A DNA stretch of 64,000 nucleotides from Promethearchaeota archaeon (GTDB lineage: Archaea > Asgardarchaeota > Lokiarchaeia > Sigyniarchaeales > SOKP01), in NCBI GenBank assembly GCA_016839555.1, contig JAEOUA010000009.1, forward strand, positions 32,001-96,000, given 5' to 3'. Positions within the stretch are counted from its first letter, which is position 1. Each line of letters begins with the position of its first letter. Positions 1 to 9,978 of the stretch are shown here, in pieces. The translations under genes were made by a program, and so were the position numbers. Under the pieces are notes generated by a model. The model saw only the letters and a list, made by a program, of their open reading frames with translations, did no database searches and was not told where the DNA came from.

Positions 1-506
1 ATTTTCACAAACATTTCAAATTATGCTCAAACTTATATAGATCTAAATCTCTCCGATAATTGTAAAGATATGCATCTCTAATGTTGGTTTTCGTGGAAAA
101 AAAGATGAAAGTTAAATTTGTCGCTCTTTTGCTGATCTTTTCTATCAATTCTTAAATAAGATTAAATGTTTTCTCATCAATCTGGTTAAAATTATAGTAA
201 TATTGCTTTTTATAGCTATTGTAAACGAATCTATTAACCAAATGTTATCCCTCGCTATTATAAAATAAGAGGAATCTCCACAATTTCCACATTTTGAATT
301 ATCAAAAATTTCTTTGAAGCCCTTTTACATTAAAAAGCTATTAATATTAATATTATAGATATAATTAAATTTATTTTAAATTCTAGGAGGATCATCTAAA
401 AAAAATAGATTTAAATATATTGAAAATCCAAATACTATCTGTTTATTAATTTTTTAATTAATTAAATATTTATATAAAAAAATCAAATTAAAAGGGGTGA
501 TTTTAA

Positions 507-1265
507 ATGGCACTCGATCTTAGAGAATGGATTGAAAGTATCACTGCACCAAGTGGAGTGTTGATCGATCCAGTAGGTTGGATTGATGGAATTACTGGTT
601 CTATTGTAGTTTTAACTGGTTGCATTTTAGGATTGTATTTCATTTATAAATCGAAAAAGTTGGGAGCAAATCTACTCTTAAAACTCGGACTGGTTATGAT
701 TTTAGCTGGTCTTGCTTTTCTAGGAGTATTTCTGGATTTTCTGGTTGTTTTATTCACAGGAGTAAATATTAGTAACATATATGGGTTAGTAGGCCTTCTA
801 AGTTATGTATGGATGGCACCTTTAATAGTCCTTGGGATAAATATTGGAGCTGAGATAATTATTCCTGAAAAGAAATGGTATATTACTTCAGTATTTATAA
901 TCTTGATGATTATTTTTGAAATATTTATATTTATAGATCCTTTAGGTTCTTTTAATTTTGTATATCCCCCGAACCCTGGAAATGCGTTGATTGATTATAA
1001 TGCTAATTTAGCTTCTTTTGCAGGTATCATGATGATTATTTTCATTTTGTCGATAATAATCTTTCTTGGAATTGGCTTTTTAATTAAGGCTATTCAATCA
1101 ACTGGAGATCTACGAAAGAAATTTTTAATATTAACAATTGGCGTATTTATGTATACTATATTTGGTCTTCTTGAATCTATAATGGAGCCAGGTTTTCTAT
1201 TAATTCCTGTTAGAGTGGGTTATATTACCGGTCCTGTATTTATGTATGTAGGATTGAAAAGTTAA
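507..1265 (+). CDS. Multi-pass (~7 TM) membrane protein, stand-alone sensor-like, function unknown
   Basis: 252 aa with about seven hydrophobic segments; GGTGA SD 6 nt upstream of ATG; architecture similar to 45693..46406. Confidence 0.7.
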   Translation: MALDLREWIESITAPSGVLIDPVGWIDGITGSIVVLTGCILGLYFIYKSKKLGANLLLKLGLVMILAGLAFLGVFLDFLVVLFTGVNISNIYGLVGLLSYVWMAPLIVLGINIGAEIIIPEKKWYITSVFIILMIIFEIFIFIDPLGSFNFVYPPNPGNALIDYNANLASFAGIMMIIFILSIIIFLGIGFLIKAIQSTGDLRKKFLILTIGVFMYTIFGLLESIMEPGFLLIPVRVGYITGPVFMYVGLKS

Positions 1266-1625
1266 TATAATGGCATTAAATAAATTTTTTCTTACTTTTT
1301 CTAATTATTAATAAATTTAGAAGTAAAAATAAATTAAAAGAATTAGTTATTGCATGTTAATTAATTGCTTAAAATCATAAATAATAATTAAACATGGCAT
1401 TTTTCTAATAATTCACGAATTTAAAAAGAATTATTATTCTATTATGAATTCCCAGGCACAATTGTACTTATTTGGATGATTATTAGGAGGGAGAATAGTT
1501 ATTCTCTAACATAGACCCTTATTATGGATTTTTTATGGTAAATTGCATTAAAATTATAAAGGGTTATTTTTACTAGTTTCTAAATAACTTATTAAATTTA
1601 AGATGTTTTAGTCGGCTTTACAGAT

Positions 1626-2627
1626 ATGAAGAAAGAATGGCCTTATGCGTATAGTTTAATTAATTATTATGATAAATATTTAGGAACAAGAGAATCAATC
1701 ATCGAAATTGTTGAATTAGCAAAAGAAAAAGGCTATACTTCTCCCGATCTTATCAAAATTTATGCTAATTTTAGCGATGAAACAATGATTGTGCCTAAAA
1801 AACTCTATTCGAAAGAAGACTTAGATTCAAAAAGTCCAATAAAAGAATATGAATTTGTTTCAAAAGAAAAATTAAAAGCGATTGAAAAAAAGATATATAA
1901 AATCTTGGATATCCGAGAAAGGAAATGTTGGAACTGCGGAGTAGAATTAGATTTTCAGGATTATTATAAATCTAATCCACAATTAACGAAAACACGAGCT
2001 CTAGAATTATGGGAACATAAAAATATCGAATTTTATTGCTGCTCCTGCTATAAATTTATAAAAAGCAGTATTGAGGCAGAACAAAGATATATACAATTAA
2101 AACATGCTCAAAAAGAGATATTTGAACAACTTCCTCAAGACACTAAACAAAAAATACAATTTTTAGAAAAAGAAATTGGGGGTAATATACCTGCTATATC
2201 AGAATTCATAGCTGATTCATTTCCAAAAAATGTTGGTTTTGTTCATAAAGAAGGAGAAATCATTGGCCTCTCTCTTTATTATTATGGATTGAGAACTGTC
2301 CCCGAAACCTTAAAATCTTTTCAATCCCTTGAATTTTTAGATCTAATTGGAAATAAATTAAGCGAATTGCCTGAGTGGATTGGATCCTTAAAAAATTTGA
2401 AATATTTAAATTTATTAGCAAATAGATTAGAATTTCTCCCCGAATCCATTGGGAACTTAAAAAATCTGAAATATCTAAATTTAAGCTTTAATAATATAGT
2501 AGAACTACCGCAATCGATAAGAGTATTATCCTCATTGAAAACAATCTTCCTTTGGGCAAATAGAATTAAAAATTTAACTGATTTTTTACCAGATTTTAAA
2601 GATAAGGAAATTTATGTAGTAATGTAG
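1626..2627 (+). CDS. Zn-finger-like plus leucine-rich-repeat protein
   Basis: CWNC...CCSC cysteine pairs followed by several LxxLxLxxNxLxxLPxxIG repeats. Confidence 0.85.
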   Translation: MKKEWPYAYSLINYYDKYLGTRESIIEIVELAKEKGYTSPDLIKIYANFSDETMIVPKKLYSKEDLDSKSPIKEYEFVSKEKLKAIEKKIYKILDIRERKCWNCGVELDFQDYYKSNPQLTKTRALELWEHKNIEFYCCSCYKFIKSSIEAEQRYIQLKHAQKEIFEQLPQDTKQKIQFLEKEIGGNIPAISEFIADSFPKNVGFVHKEGEIIGLSLYYYGLRTVPETLKSFQSLEFLDLIGNKLSELPEWIGSLKNLKYLNLLANRLEFLPESIGNLKNLKYLNLSFNNIVELPQSIRVLSSLKTIFLWANRIKNLTDFLPDFKDKEIYVVM

Positions 2628-2726
2628 CGTTTTTGAATTAGCAGACTTATTCAAATTAATAATTCAGCTAAATCATACTATATTATAGTATATTGATATA
2701 AAAAGAAAAAATAAAAAGAAATTAAA

Positions 2727-4445
2727 CTACGCATTCACTATTTTTATCTTTGGAGCATATTGTGCTTGGACAGAATAATTATTGAAATTTATACTGTAAT
2801 GATCCCTCCAATGATGCTTTACATCTTCCAATGCTGCTTCATAGCTGCTCTCCTTAATCTTTCCTTCAGAAACAATTGTCACACCCATAGGAGCAGCAGT
2901 TATTTCTCCATCTTGAACTACAATCTCTCCATCTTTAATGGTGTATGCAGCGTTTGAGAAGGCTTTTTCAATCGAATGTCCATCCATATTATTCGGATCA
3001 AGGTCATAAATAGACACATCTCCAATTGCTCCTACGCCAAGATGCCCTCGATCTTGTAATCCAAGGCATTTCGCGGTACCAGCACGGGTCATAATACAAA
3101 GTTCTTCTAAGGTTAATTCGCGGTCAATGTCTTTAAGACTAGTCTGAGTGGTTGCTTTATTAGAGACCGTATTATCAAGCATATCATCACGAGTCTTCTT
3201 GTCCATTAACCATCTAATTACTTTTGGATAATATACAAATGGTCCTCCGTTGGGATGATCCGTAGTCATTGCTATTTGCCATGGATTTTTAACTAATAAT
3301 GCCAATTCAAGTCCAATTGCCCATTGAATTGCATTCACTCCGACTTTAGGATTAAAATGATATGGAACTATTCCAGAGCTAGACTCACCTTCCACTTGAC
3401 CATTTATCCATTTAACACCCGGCTTTGCGCCCCATGCACTCATTCCACTAAGATGGTGTAGGGCAAACTCCCATGGACCATCAGCTGTCATTGTGGTGGT
3501 GGCTGCTTTAGCAAAAATTACTTGGCCCATATCTATTGTAATATGATCATGATGATTAAGATATTCAGCGATTTCACCAGCTCCTGATGCAAAATTGCCC
3601 CAATTTGTTCCAGCATATGCATTAAATTGACAATGGGTCAAATGAAATACGCTATCTCGTCCTTTTTTAGGATCAATTTTTTCCATCGTTTTAAAGAGCT
3701 CTATAGTGTCTTTATAATTTCCAGGATGACCAAGATTATTTCCATGAACATGAATAGTGTGAGGGAGCTCTAGCATTTCATTAGCTTTTCCTAATCCCTC
3801 AACAATATCTCGTGGTGAAACACCCCAATGCAACACATCATCATCAAGGCTTTCTACATTTTTGCCCCATGCCCAATTCTCACATCCACCAGGATTTACG
3901 ATTTTCACCGCATATCCCTTGGTGGCTTTTAATATCCAGGCAATATAACCCGCTAACTTTTCCCATTCCTTCTCTCTTATGAACTCCATTACATACCAAT
4001 TATTTCCCAAGAGAGGAAAGGCAGCTTTATCAATTATAGGAGTTGCCAAAAATTCCTCATGAGTATGACGTGCTTCTAATAAAGGCATTGCTGGTTCAAT
4101 AACAGTAGTATATCCCAGTTTGGCATAACGATATCCTGTTACCCATGTAGAGGGAACTGAATACCCACAACCACTTCTAGTATTTTTCCCTTTAGCTACG
4201 GGGTCAATAAAATGGTCTTCAGGCCTGAAAGCTCTACCGCTATTAACTTTTGCTCCAGCAATGTGAGAATGGATATCAACCCCCCCAGGCATTACTACCA
4301 TCCCAGAGGCATCGATAACTTTCGCATCTTTGTCTGCCTTATCTACAACTACACCGTCCTTGATATGAATATCCCTTTTTTCACCATTTAGATTGTTAAT
4401 GGGATCATATACAAGCCCATTTTTAATTGTTATAGATTTTTTCAT
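2727..4445 (-). CDS. fwdA: Formylmethanofuran dehydrogenase subunit A
   Basis: GGVDIHSHIAG, RSGCGYSVPST, KIVNPGG, IHVHGNNLGHPGN and TTDHPNGGPF motifs; ATG at 4445 preferred over TTG at 4457. Confidence 0.95.
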   Translation of the reverse strand: MKKSITIKNGLVYDPINNLNGEKRDIHIKDGVVVDKADKDAKVIDASGMVVMPGGVDIHSHIAGAKVNSGRAFRPEDHFIDPVAKGKNTRSGCGYSVPSTWVTGYRYAKLGYTTVIEPAMPLLEARHTHEEFLATPIIDKAAFPLLGNNWYVMEFIREKEWEKLAGYIAWILKATKGYAVKIVNPGGCENWAWGKNVESLDDDVLHWGVSPRDIVEGLGKANEMLELPHTIHVHGNNLGHPGNYKDTIELFKTMEKIDPKKGRDSVFHLTHCQFNAYAGTNWGNFASGAGEIAEYLNHHDHITIDMGQVIFAKAATTTMTADGPWEFALHHLSGMSAWGAKPGVKWINGQVEGESSSGIVPYHFNPKVGVNAIQWAIGLELALLVKNPWQIAMTTDHPNGGPFVYYPKVIRWLMDKKTRDDMLDNTVSNKATTQTSLKDIDRELTLEELCIMTRAGTAKCLGLQDRGHLGVGAIGDVSIYDLDPNNMDGHSIEKAFSNAAYTIKDGEIVVQDGEITAAPMGVTIVSEGKIKESSYEAALEDVKHHWRDHYSINFNNYSVQAQYAPKIKIVNA

Positions 4446-4630
4446 GAAATTCCACAATAAATAAGTTGATTATATGTTTATATGTTTAAACTTTCTATCA
4501 AATAAAATAAATTATTTTTATTAAGATTTATTCAAATAAAATATAATAATTTTCAATTAGATAAGGAAAGGATCAAAGAAAGAGAGAGAGAAATAAAATC
4601 TTCTTTAATCCTGTAATATGTGATCTTATT

Positions 4631-5515
4631 ATGATCTGGAAAACAAGAATTACTGAGATAACCGGTATTAGATATCCTTTATTAATGGGTGCTTTTGGTG
4701 GATGGGGAAAATCTGAATTTGCGTCAATATTTTCAAATTTAGGAGGATTAGGCGTGATTCCCGCAATGAATTTTCCTAAATTTGAAGATTTTAGAGAGGA
4801 TCTTAGAAAGATGAAACAATTAACTAAGAATCCATTTAGTGTGAATCTTTCATTGCCGCATGGGGGATTTAATATTCAAGAGAAAAAAACTAGGACGAAG
4901 GCGGATTATTTAAAATATGTTGAGATCGCTCTGGATGAAGGAGTAAAAATTTTCACGACTTCTGGATATAAAGCTGGTTTTTTGGAACAGAAAATCCATG
5001 CTGGAGGAGCCTTATGGTTTCACAAATGTGTTCTAATTAAGCACGCTCTATCTGCCGAAAAAGTTGGTGCTGATGCGGTGACTATTGTTGGTTTGGAAGG
5101 AACAGGATTTAAGCACCCAAATACTAATACTACATTAGTTAACATGACAATGGCCAGAAAATTATTGAAGATACCAATTATCGCAGCAGGGGGGATTGGT
5201 GATGCAAGAGGATTTCTTGCAGCACTTTTTTCAGGTGCTGATGCAGTATGTTTGGGAACAGCATTGATGGCCGCTGAAGAATGTCCTGCCCCAGAGAAAG
5301 CTAAGAAAAAATGGACGAATATTGATATATTTAATGAGGATTTTTACGAGACTATTTTTCATTATAATATAAAACACTTTATGGCTCCTTCTATGGCGAT
5401 AGGACATCAGAGAAAAATACTTCCTATGAAAGACATTATAGATAATATAATAAAGGGAGCTAAAGAGATATTGCTCTCTGTGGGCTTCAACTCTAATTCA
5501 TTTAGTTTGATCTGA
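4631..5515 (+). CDS. Nitronate monooxygenase / FabK-like FMN oxidoreductase
   Basis: KTRITEITGIRYP N-terminus; GADAV, IPIIAAGGIGDARG and GADAVCLGT motifs. Confidence 0.85.
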   Translation: MIWKTRITEITGIRYPLLMGAFGGWGKSEFASIFSNLGGLGVIPAMNFPKFEDFREDLRKMKQLTKNPFSVNLSLPHGGFNIQEKKTRTKADYLKYVEIALDEGVKIFTTSGYKAGFLEQKIHAGGALWFHKCVLIKHALSAEKVGADAVTIVGLEGTGFKHPNTNTTLVNMTMARKLLKIPIIAAGGIGDARGFLAALFSGADAVCLGTALMAAEECPAPEKAKKKWTNIDIFNEDFYETIFHYNIKHFMAPSMAIGHQRKILPMKDIIDNIIKGAKEILLSVGFNSNSFSLI

Positions 5516-5575
5516 GATGTATTCAATTATCGTATATACCATAAGGTATAAAAACCTCAAATTCAAACTAATATT

Positions 5576-7063
5576 ATGAATAAATCTAAAAAACAAACTG
5601 AGAAAAAATCTCCAAATTTACGTCATCCTAGATATATTATCGCATCTTTCGAGTTAGGACAGTTTGTCTGGTTTATGCTAAATCAAGGCTTTCGAATGAG
5701 AACCTTGAATTATTATCAAGGGGTATTACATTTAGATCCTACTCTCTTTCTAATTGCTTTTGCGCTTTTTACGGTTTATAATATGCTTAATGATCCTCTA
5801 ATAGGTCATCTTTCGGATAGATCCACCCGATTCGTGAAAAAATGGGGGAAACGATTCCCTTTTATTCTAATGGGTGCAATTCCATTTTGTTTTGTACCAA
5901 TATTCCTATTTACTTCACCCTTTATTGATTCTCTTGCAAACCCCCAATTAATTAACCAAATTGCAATATTTATTTGGATGATATTATGGATGTTTTTATT
6001 TGATGGTCTTTTTTCTCTGTGGGATGTAAATAGAATCTCCCTATTTCCCAAAAAATTTACAACCAATGATGAACGAACGTTAGCTGGGCTTTATGAAGCT
6101 ATTATGGATACATTTGGAATTGCATTAGGTTTTTTAATACCTATAATTGTTTTCGCGGTATTTCAGAAGACTTTATTTGGATATACCCTTCAGGCAGTTA
6201 TTATGTCAATTATTTCATTTGTATTAATCTTATTAATGATACCAGGAGTACGAGAGCCGGAGGAATTAAGAGAACGACAATTAAAAATTGATCAATTAGA
6301 AAAAAGTAGTTTCTTTGGTGGAATGAAAATAGCATTAAAAGACAGACATTTTGTGGGCTATGTTATTCTTTTTACATGCTATTCGATTACAATGGGAATG
6401 GTGATGAGTGGGATTCCTTGGTTTGTTTCGGATATTCTTGGATTAGGGGCTTTGGGAGAACTTGCTTTTCTGGGCTATGTTGTCGCAGTTCCTATTACAG
6501 CACCCCTCTGGTATAGATTAGCAAAAAAAATTGGTATACGCAAGGTTACTTTTATAGGAGCAATATTTTTAGCTGTTTCAGGATTAGTCTTAGTTTTTGT
6601 TCCATCAGGAATGGCTGGATTTATATTCACTACTGTGGTAGCAGTAATGACTGGTTTGGTGGATGGAGCAATGGAAAGCATGGTAATGCCGATATTTTCA
6701 TCTATTGTTGATCAGCAAACGCTAAAATATAGGAAACGAGAGGAAGGTTTATACAGAGGAGTTGTAGTTTTTTTTCAGAGACTTTCATTCTTTATTGGTT
6801 TTTTGCTTTTATATATAGTGCAGGTGTATTTTGGATATACACATGTAGAACCTCCAGAATGGTTAATAGATTTACCAGCATTTATCCAAGAGATTTATAT
6901 CCCCAAAAACACACCTTTTGGTCTGTTGGGCTTAAGATTTTATATTTCGTTGTTTCCACTTATAACAATGATTATAGGAGCGACCTCTTTCTGGTTATTA
7001 TATAGAATAACTCCAGAAAAATTACAAGAAAATATTCTTGAGCTAGAAAAGCTTGGACTCTAG
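5576..7063 (+). CDS. MFS transporter, GPH (MelB-like sugar:cation symporter) family
   Basis: NDPLIGHLSDR...WGKRFPFI and REEGLY motifs; about 12 TM. Confidence 0.88.
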   Translation: MNKSKKQTEKKSPNLRHPRYIIASFELGQFVWFMLNQGFRMRTLNYYQGVLHLDPTLFLIAFALFTVYNMLNDPLIGHLSDRSTRFVKKWGKRFPFILMGAIPFCFVPIFLFTSPFIDSLANPQLINQIAIFIWMILWMFLFDGLFSLWDVNRISLFPKKFTTNDERTLAGLYEAIMDTFGIALGFLIPIIVFAVFQKTLFGYTLQAVIMSIISFVLILLMIPGVREPEELRERQLKIDQLEKSSFFGGMKIALKDRHFVGYVILFTCYSITMGMVMSGIPWFVSDILGLGALGELAFLGYVVAVPITAPLWYRLAKKIGIRKVTFIGAIFLAVSGLVLVFVPSGMAGFIFTTVVAVMTGLVDGAMESMVMPIFSSIVDQQTLKYRKREEGLYRGVVVFFQRLSFFIGFLLLYIVQVYFGYTHVEPPEWLIDLPAFIQEIYIPKNTPFGLLGLRFYISLFPLITMIIGATSFWLLYRITPEKLQENILELEKLGL

Positions 7064-7106
7064 AATATTTTTTATATATTTTTTTATTTTAAAATAAAAC
7101 TTAAAA

Positions 7107-7520
7107 TTATTGTTTATCAAGAGTCAGATTGCATAATTTATCGCATTCTTGAATGTATTTATGAGTTCTTTTTACATGCTTGAACTGAATATCTTCAAAC
7201 TCCTTTTTCAATTCTTGAATTTTATTATAATAGACTTGAAGGTGTTTTTCTCGCACTTTATAGATATTGTTTAATTGACGAATTATTAATTGACTATCAG
7301 AATGTACTAAAATTTTTTGGTCAGAATACTTCTGGGCTTCCATTAAAGCATTAATGATTGCTTTATATTCCGCAGAATTATTAGTGGTTTCCCCAATATA
7401 TGAGCTTCTCGATTTTATAATCTTATTATTTTTTATTATTAAATAAGCAATAGCTGCTGGTCCTGGATTTCCTCGTGCTGCACCATCTGTAAAGATTAAT
7501 AATGTATCCATTTTAACCAA
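7107..7520 (-). CDS. rnhA: Ribonuclease HI family protein
   Basis: TDGAARGNPGPA, TTNNSAEY, SDSQLIIRQ and HVKR motifs. Confidence 0.9.
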   Translation of the reverse strand: MVKMDTLLIFTDGAARGNPGPAAIAYLIIKNNKIIKSRSSYIGETTNNSAEYKAIINALMEAQKYSDQKILVHSDSQLIIRQLNNIYKVREKHLQVYYNKIQELKKEFEDIQFKHVKRTHKYIQECDKLCNLTLDKQ

Positions 7521-7611
7521 TAATTAAAGGAAATTAATAATTTAATATATTAATATATTGATAAATTATGTTTTTCTTTATTTTATAACTTTATATTTAA
7601 ATTCCGCGTAG

Positions 7612-8277
7612 TTAAGCTTTATTAGATAAAATTCTTTTTATTTTATTTAAATCATTCATCTCATTAATATTAATGAAGGTTGTCAATTTTCTATCTAATG
7701 GTTTGATTTCTTTTTCAACTGAAATATAGTGAATATTCCAATCTCTTTCAAAAAACCCTAATAATTTATAATCTTTCTTTTTTAACATTTCTTTTGCTGC
7801 TTTTAAACCCTTTTCTATTGGATATATAGCAAATAAGGGTTCTAAATACCCATTTTTCCATCGTGGAATGCAGCAATCATAATCATCGCAGCTCTTTAAA
7901 ATTAAATCTAAAATTTCATATTTTATCAAGGGCATATCACAAGAAATTATAAAAACTTTAGAAATCTCCTTAAATCTGCTTAGTTCTTTAAAGATTGAAT
8001 ATAATCCGATTAATGGGGTAAATATATTAGAATCATCTAATAATTCCAAATCATCTATTATAAAAGCAGTTATTTTTTCATAGTCAATAGAATTGAGATA
8101 GTCTTGAACTTGTGTTTTTGAACGAGTAACTAACAAAATTTTTGTATTAAATCTAGAAAGCGTATCAAGTTGATAAGAAATGAGGGGTTTTCCGTATAAT
8201 TTATAAGTACCTTTATCTATTGATCCGAAACGCTTACTTTTTCCTCCCACTAATATACCAAACGGAATCTCTAAAAT
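7612..8277 (-). CDS. mobA: Molybdenum cofactor guanylyltransferase (start uncertain, probably non-AUG)
   Basis: GILVGGKSKRFG, SCDMP, LEPLFAIY and FININ motifs; frame is open upstream of 8250 only to a TGA at 8283-8281, with ATT codons at 8277 and 8268. Confidence 0.8.
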   Translation of the reverse strand: MLEIPFGILVGGKSKRFGSIDKGTYKLYGKPLISYQLDTLSRFNTKILLVTRSKTQVQDYLNSIDYEKITAFIIDDLELLDDSNIFTPLIGLYSIFKELSRFKEISKVFIISCDMPLIKYEILDLILKSCDDYDCCIPRWKNGYLEPLFAIYPIEKGLKAAKEMLKKKDYKLLGFFERDWNIHYISVEKEIKPLDRKLTTFININEMNDLNKIKRILSNKA

Positions 8278-9713
8278 TTTTCACCATCCCAGCAATAGGT
8301 ACATATTTTGTCTTTCGGTAATCCGATAGCTTTTACTAAATCTTCCAGTCTTTGATATTTTAGGGTGGTTAACCCTAATTTTTTGCGAATAATCTCTACC
8401 ATAGCCTTATATTCCTTAGAGTCAGGGTTAGTATAGTTTGAAAGATCCTCTATAATTTCATTTTTTGATTCAGGATTATTATTTATATCCTTTCCATTTA
8501 GTTCTTCTATTGCTCTTCTTCCAGCTAATTCTAGTTCAGTACGAGATTGAGAAAAATTTAGAAATTTGCAACTATATATGAGGGGAGGACATGCAGGTCT
8601 CATGTGAACCTCTTTAGCACCAGCTTTATGCAATCTCTGTATGGTTTTTCTAAGCTGAGTACCTCTTACGATTGAGTCTTCGCATAAAAGAAGCCTCTTG
8701 TCCTTGATAAGATCCACAATAGAAATCAATTTCATCTTCGCTATTTCTTCTCTCTCTTTCTGGTCTTGAGGCATAAAGCTTCGTGCCCATGTAGGAGTAT
8801 ATTTCACAAATGGTCGTTGAAAAGGAACTCCTGCTTCGTTTGCGTATCCTAATCCGTGCGCTATTCCCGAATCTGGAATACCTGCAACGAGATCAATTTC
8901 AACATCATCATTTTTAGCCAAATAAGATCCGCATTTATAGCGAACAGTTTCTACATTAATATTCTCATAATTAGATGCGGGATATCCAAAATATACCCAT
9001 AAAAACGAACATATTTGCAATTTGTCTCCCGGAGGAATCAATTGTTCTAATCCTTTATCAGAAATAAAATACACTTCACCTGGTCCAAGATATTTGCAAA
9101 TTTTATATCCAAGAGTGGGAAACGCACATGTTTCCATAGTAATAGCATAGGAGCCTGGCTTTTCCCCAATGATTAATGGAGTTCTCCCTAATTTATCACG
9201 GGCCGCATAAATTCCCTCATCTGTTAATATAAGCATTGTACATGATCCATCTATGCTTTCTTGAACCTTTTTTATGCCATCTTCGAATGAATCTCCTTGA
9301 CTTATGATAGTCGCTACTAATTCTGTAGGATTTATTTCACCTCCATGCATTTCAGAAAAATGTGCGCCTTTTTCTAATAAATCATCTGCTAATTCTTCTA
9401 TATTGTTTATTCTTCCAACTGTGACAATCGCGAAATGTGCGAGATGTGATTTAATTATTAAGGGTTGATCATCATAATCACTAATTACTCCAATCCCCTT
9501 GTTTCCATGCATTTTTTTAATATCATTCTCGAATTTTGATCTGAATTGAGCTGTTGTAATATTTTTAATATATCTTTGAAATCCTCCAGAATTTTTAACT
9601 GCTAAACCACCACGCTGAGTTCCTAGGTGTGAGTGATAATCTGCGCCATAGAATAGGTCGTTTACGCAATCTCCATGAGAATCCAGACAACAAACTCCAA
9701 AAATTCCTCCCAT
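8271..9713 (-). CDS. Amidophosphoribosyltransferase-like paralogue lacking the N-terminal catalytic Cys
   Basis: N-terminus MGGIFG; EDSIVRGT PRPP loop, PDSG, ACPP and CTYC motifs retained. Confidence 0.88.
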   Translation of the reverse strand: MGGIFGVCCLDSHGDCVNDLFYGADYHSHLGTQRGGLAVKNSGGFQRYIKNITTAQFRSKFENDIKKMHGNKGIGVISDYDDQPLIIKSHLAHFAIVTVGRINNIEELADDLLEKGAHFSEMHGGEINPTELVATIISQGDSFEDGIKKVQESIDGSCTMLILTDEGIYAARDKLGRTPLIIGEKPGSYAITMETCAFPTLGYKICKYLGPGEVYFISDKGLEQLIPPGDKLQICSFLWVYFGYPASNYENINVETVRYKCGSYLAKNDDVEIDLVAGIPDSGIAHGLGYANEAGVPFQRPFVKYTPTWARSFMPQDQKEREEIAKMKLISIVDLIKDKRLLLCEDSIVRGTQLRKTIQRLHKAGAKEVHMRPACPPLIYSCKFLNFSQSRTELELAGRRAIEELNGKDINNNPESKNEIIEDLSNYTNPDSKEYKAMVEIIRKKLGLTTLKYQRLEDLVKAIGLPKDKICTYCWDGEKF

Positions 9714-9978
9714 AAAAGACACTCTTTAATAATTTTGGTTTAAAATTTTTAATTTAGGAGTAAAATTCTATAAATCTATATTCCTTATATAAGAGAATTA
9801 TTAAAAAATTAAATTATTAACCTTCAAGTAAATTTCATAAATTTAGTCATTTAGCATGGTTCACTAATTTATTATTAAACTAATCTATAAAAATTATGCT
9901 TCACTCATTTAAATTGAAGGATGTTGAATAAATTGATAATAAAGAGAAAAAAGTATCTTTTTTATTTCATTTATTAAA

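Noticed and set aside
1-330. Possible degraded minus-strand gene containing CGNCG
   Set aside because: Broken by stops and frame changes, with no start or recognisable family; insufficient evidence to call.
2675-2691. Perfect palindrome ATACTATA-T-TATAGTAT between convergent genes
   Set aside because: Almost all A/T in an AT-rich genome and not in a promoter position; plausible by chance.
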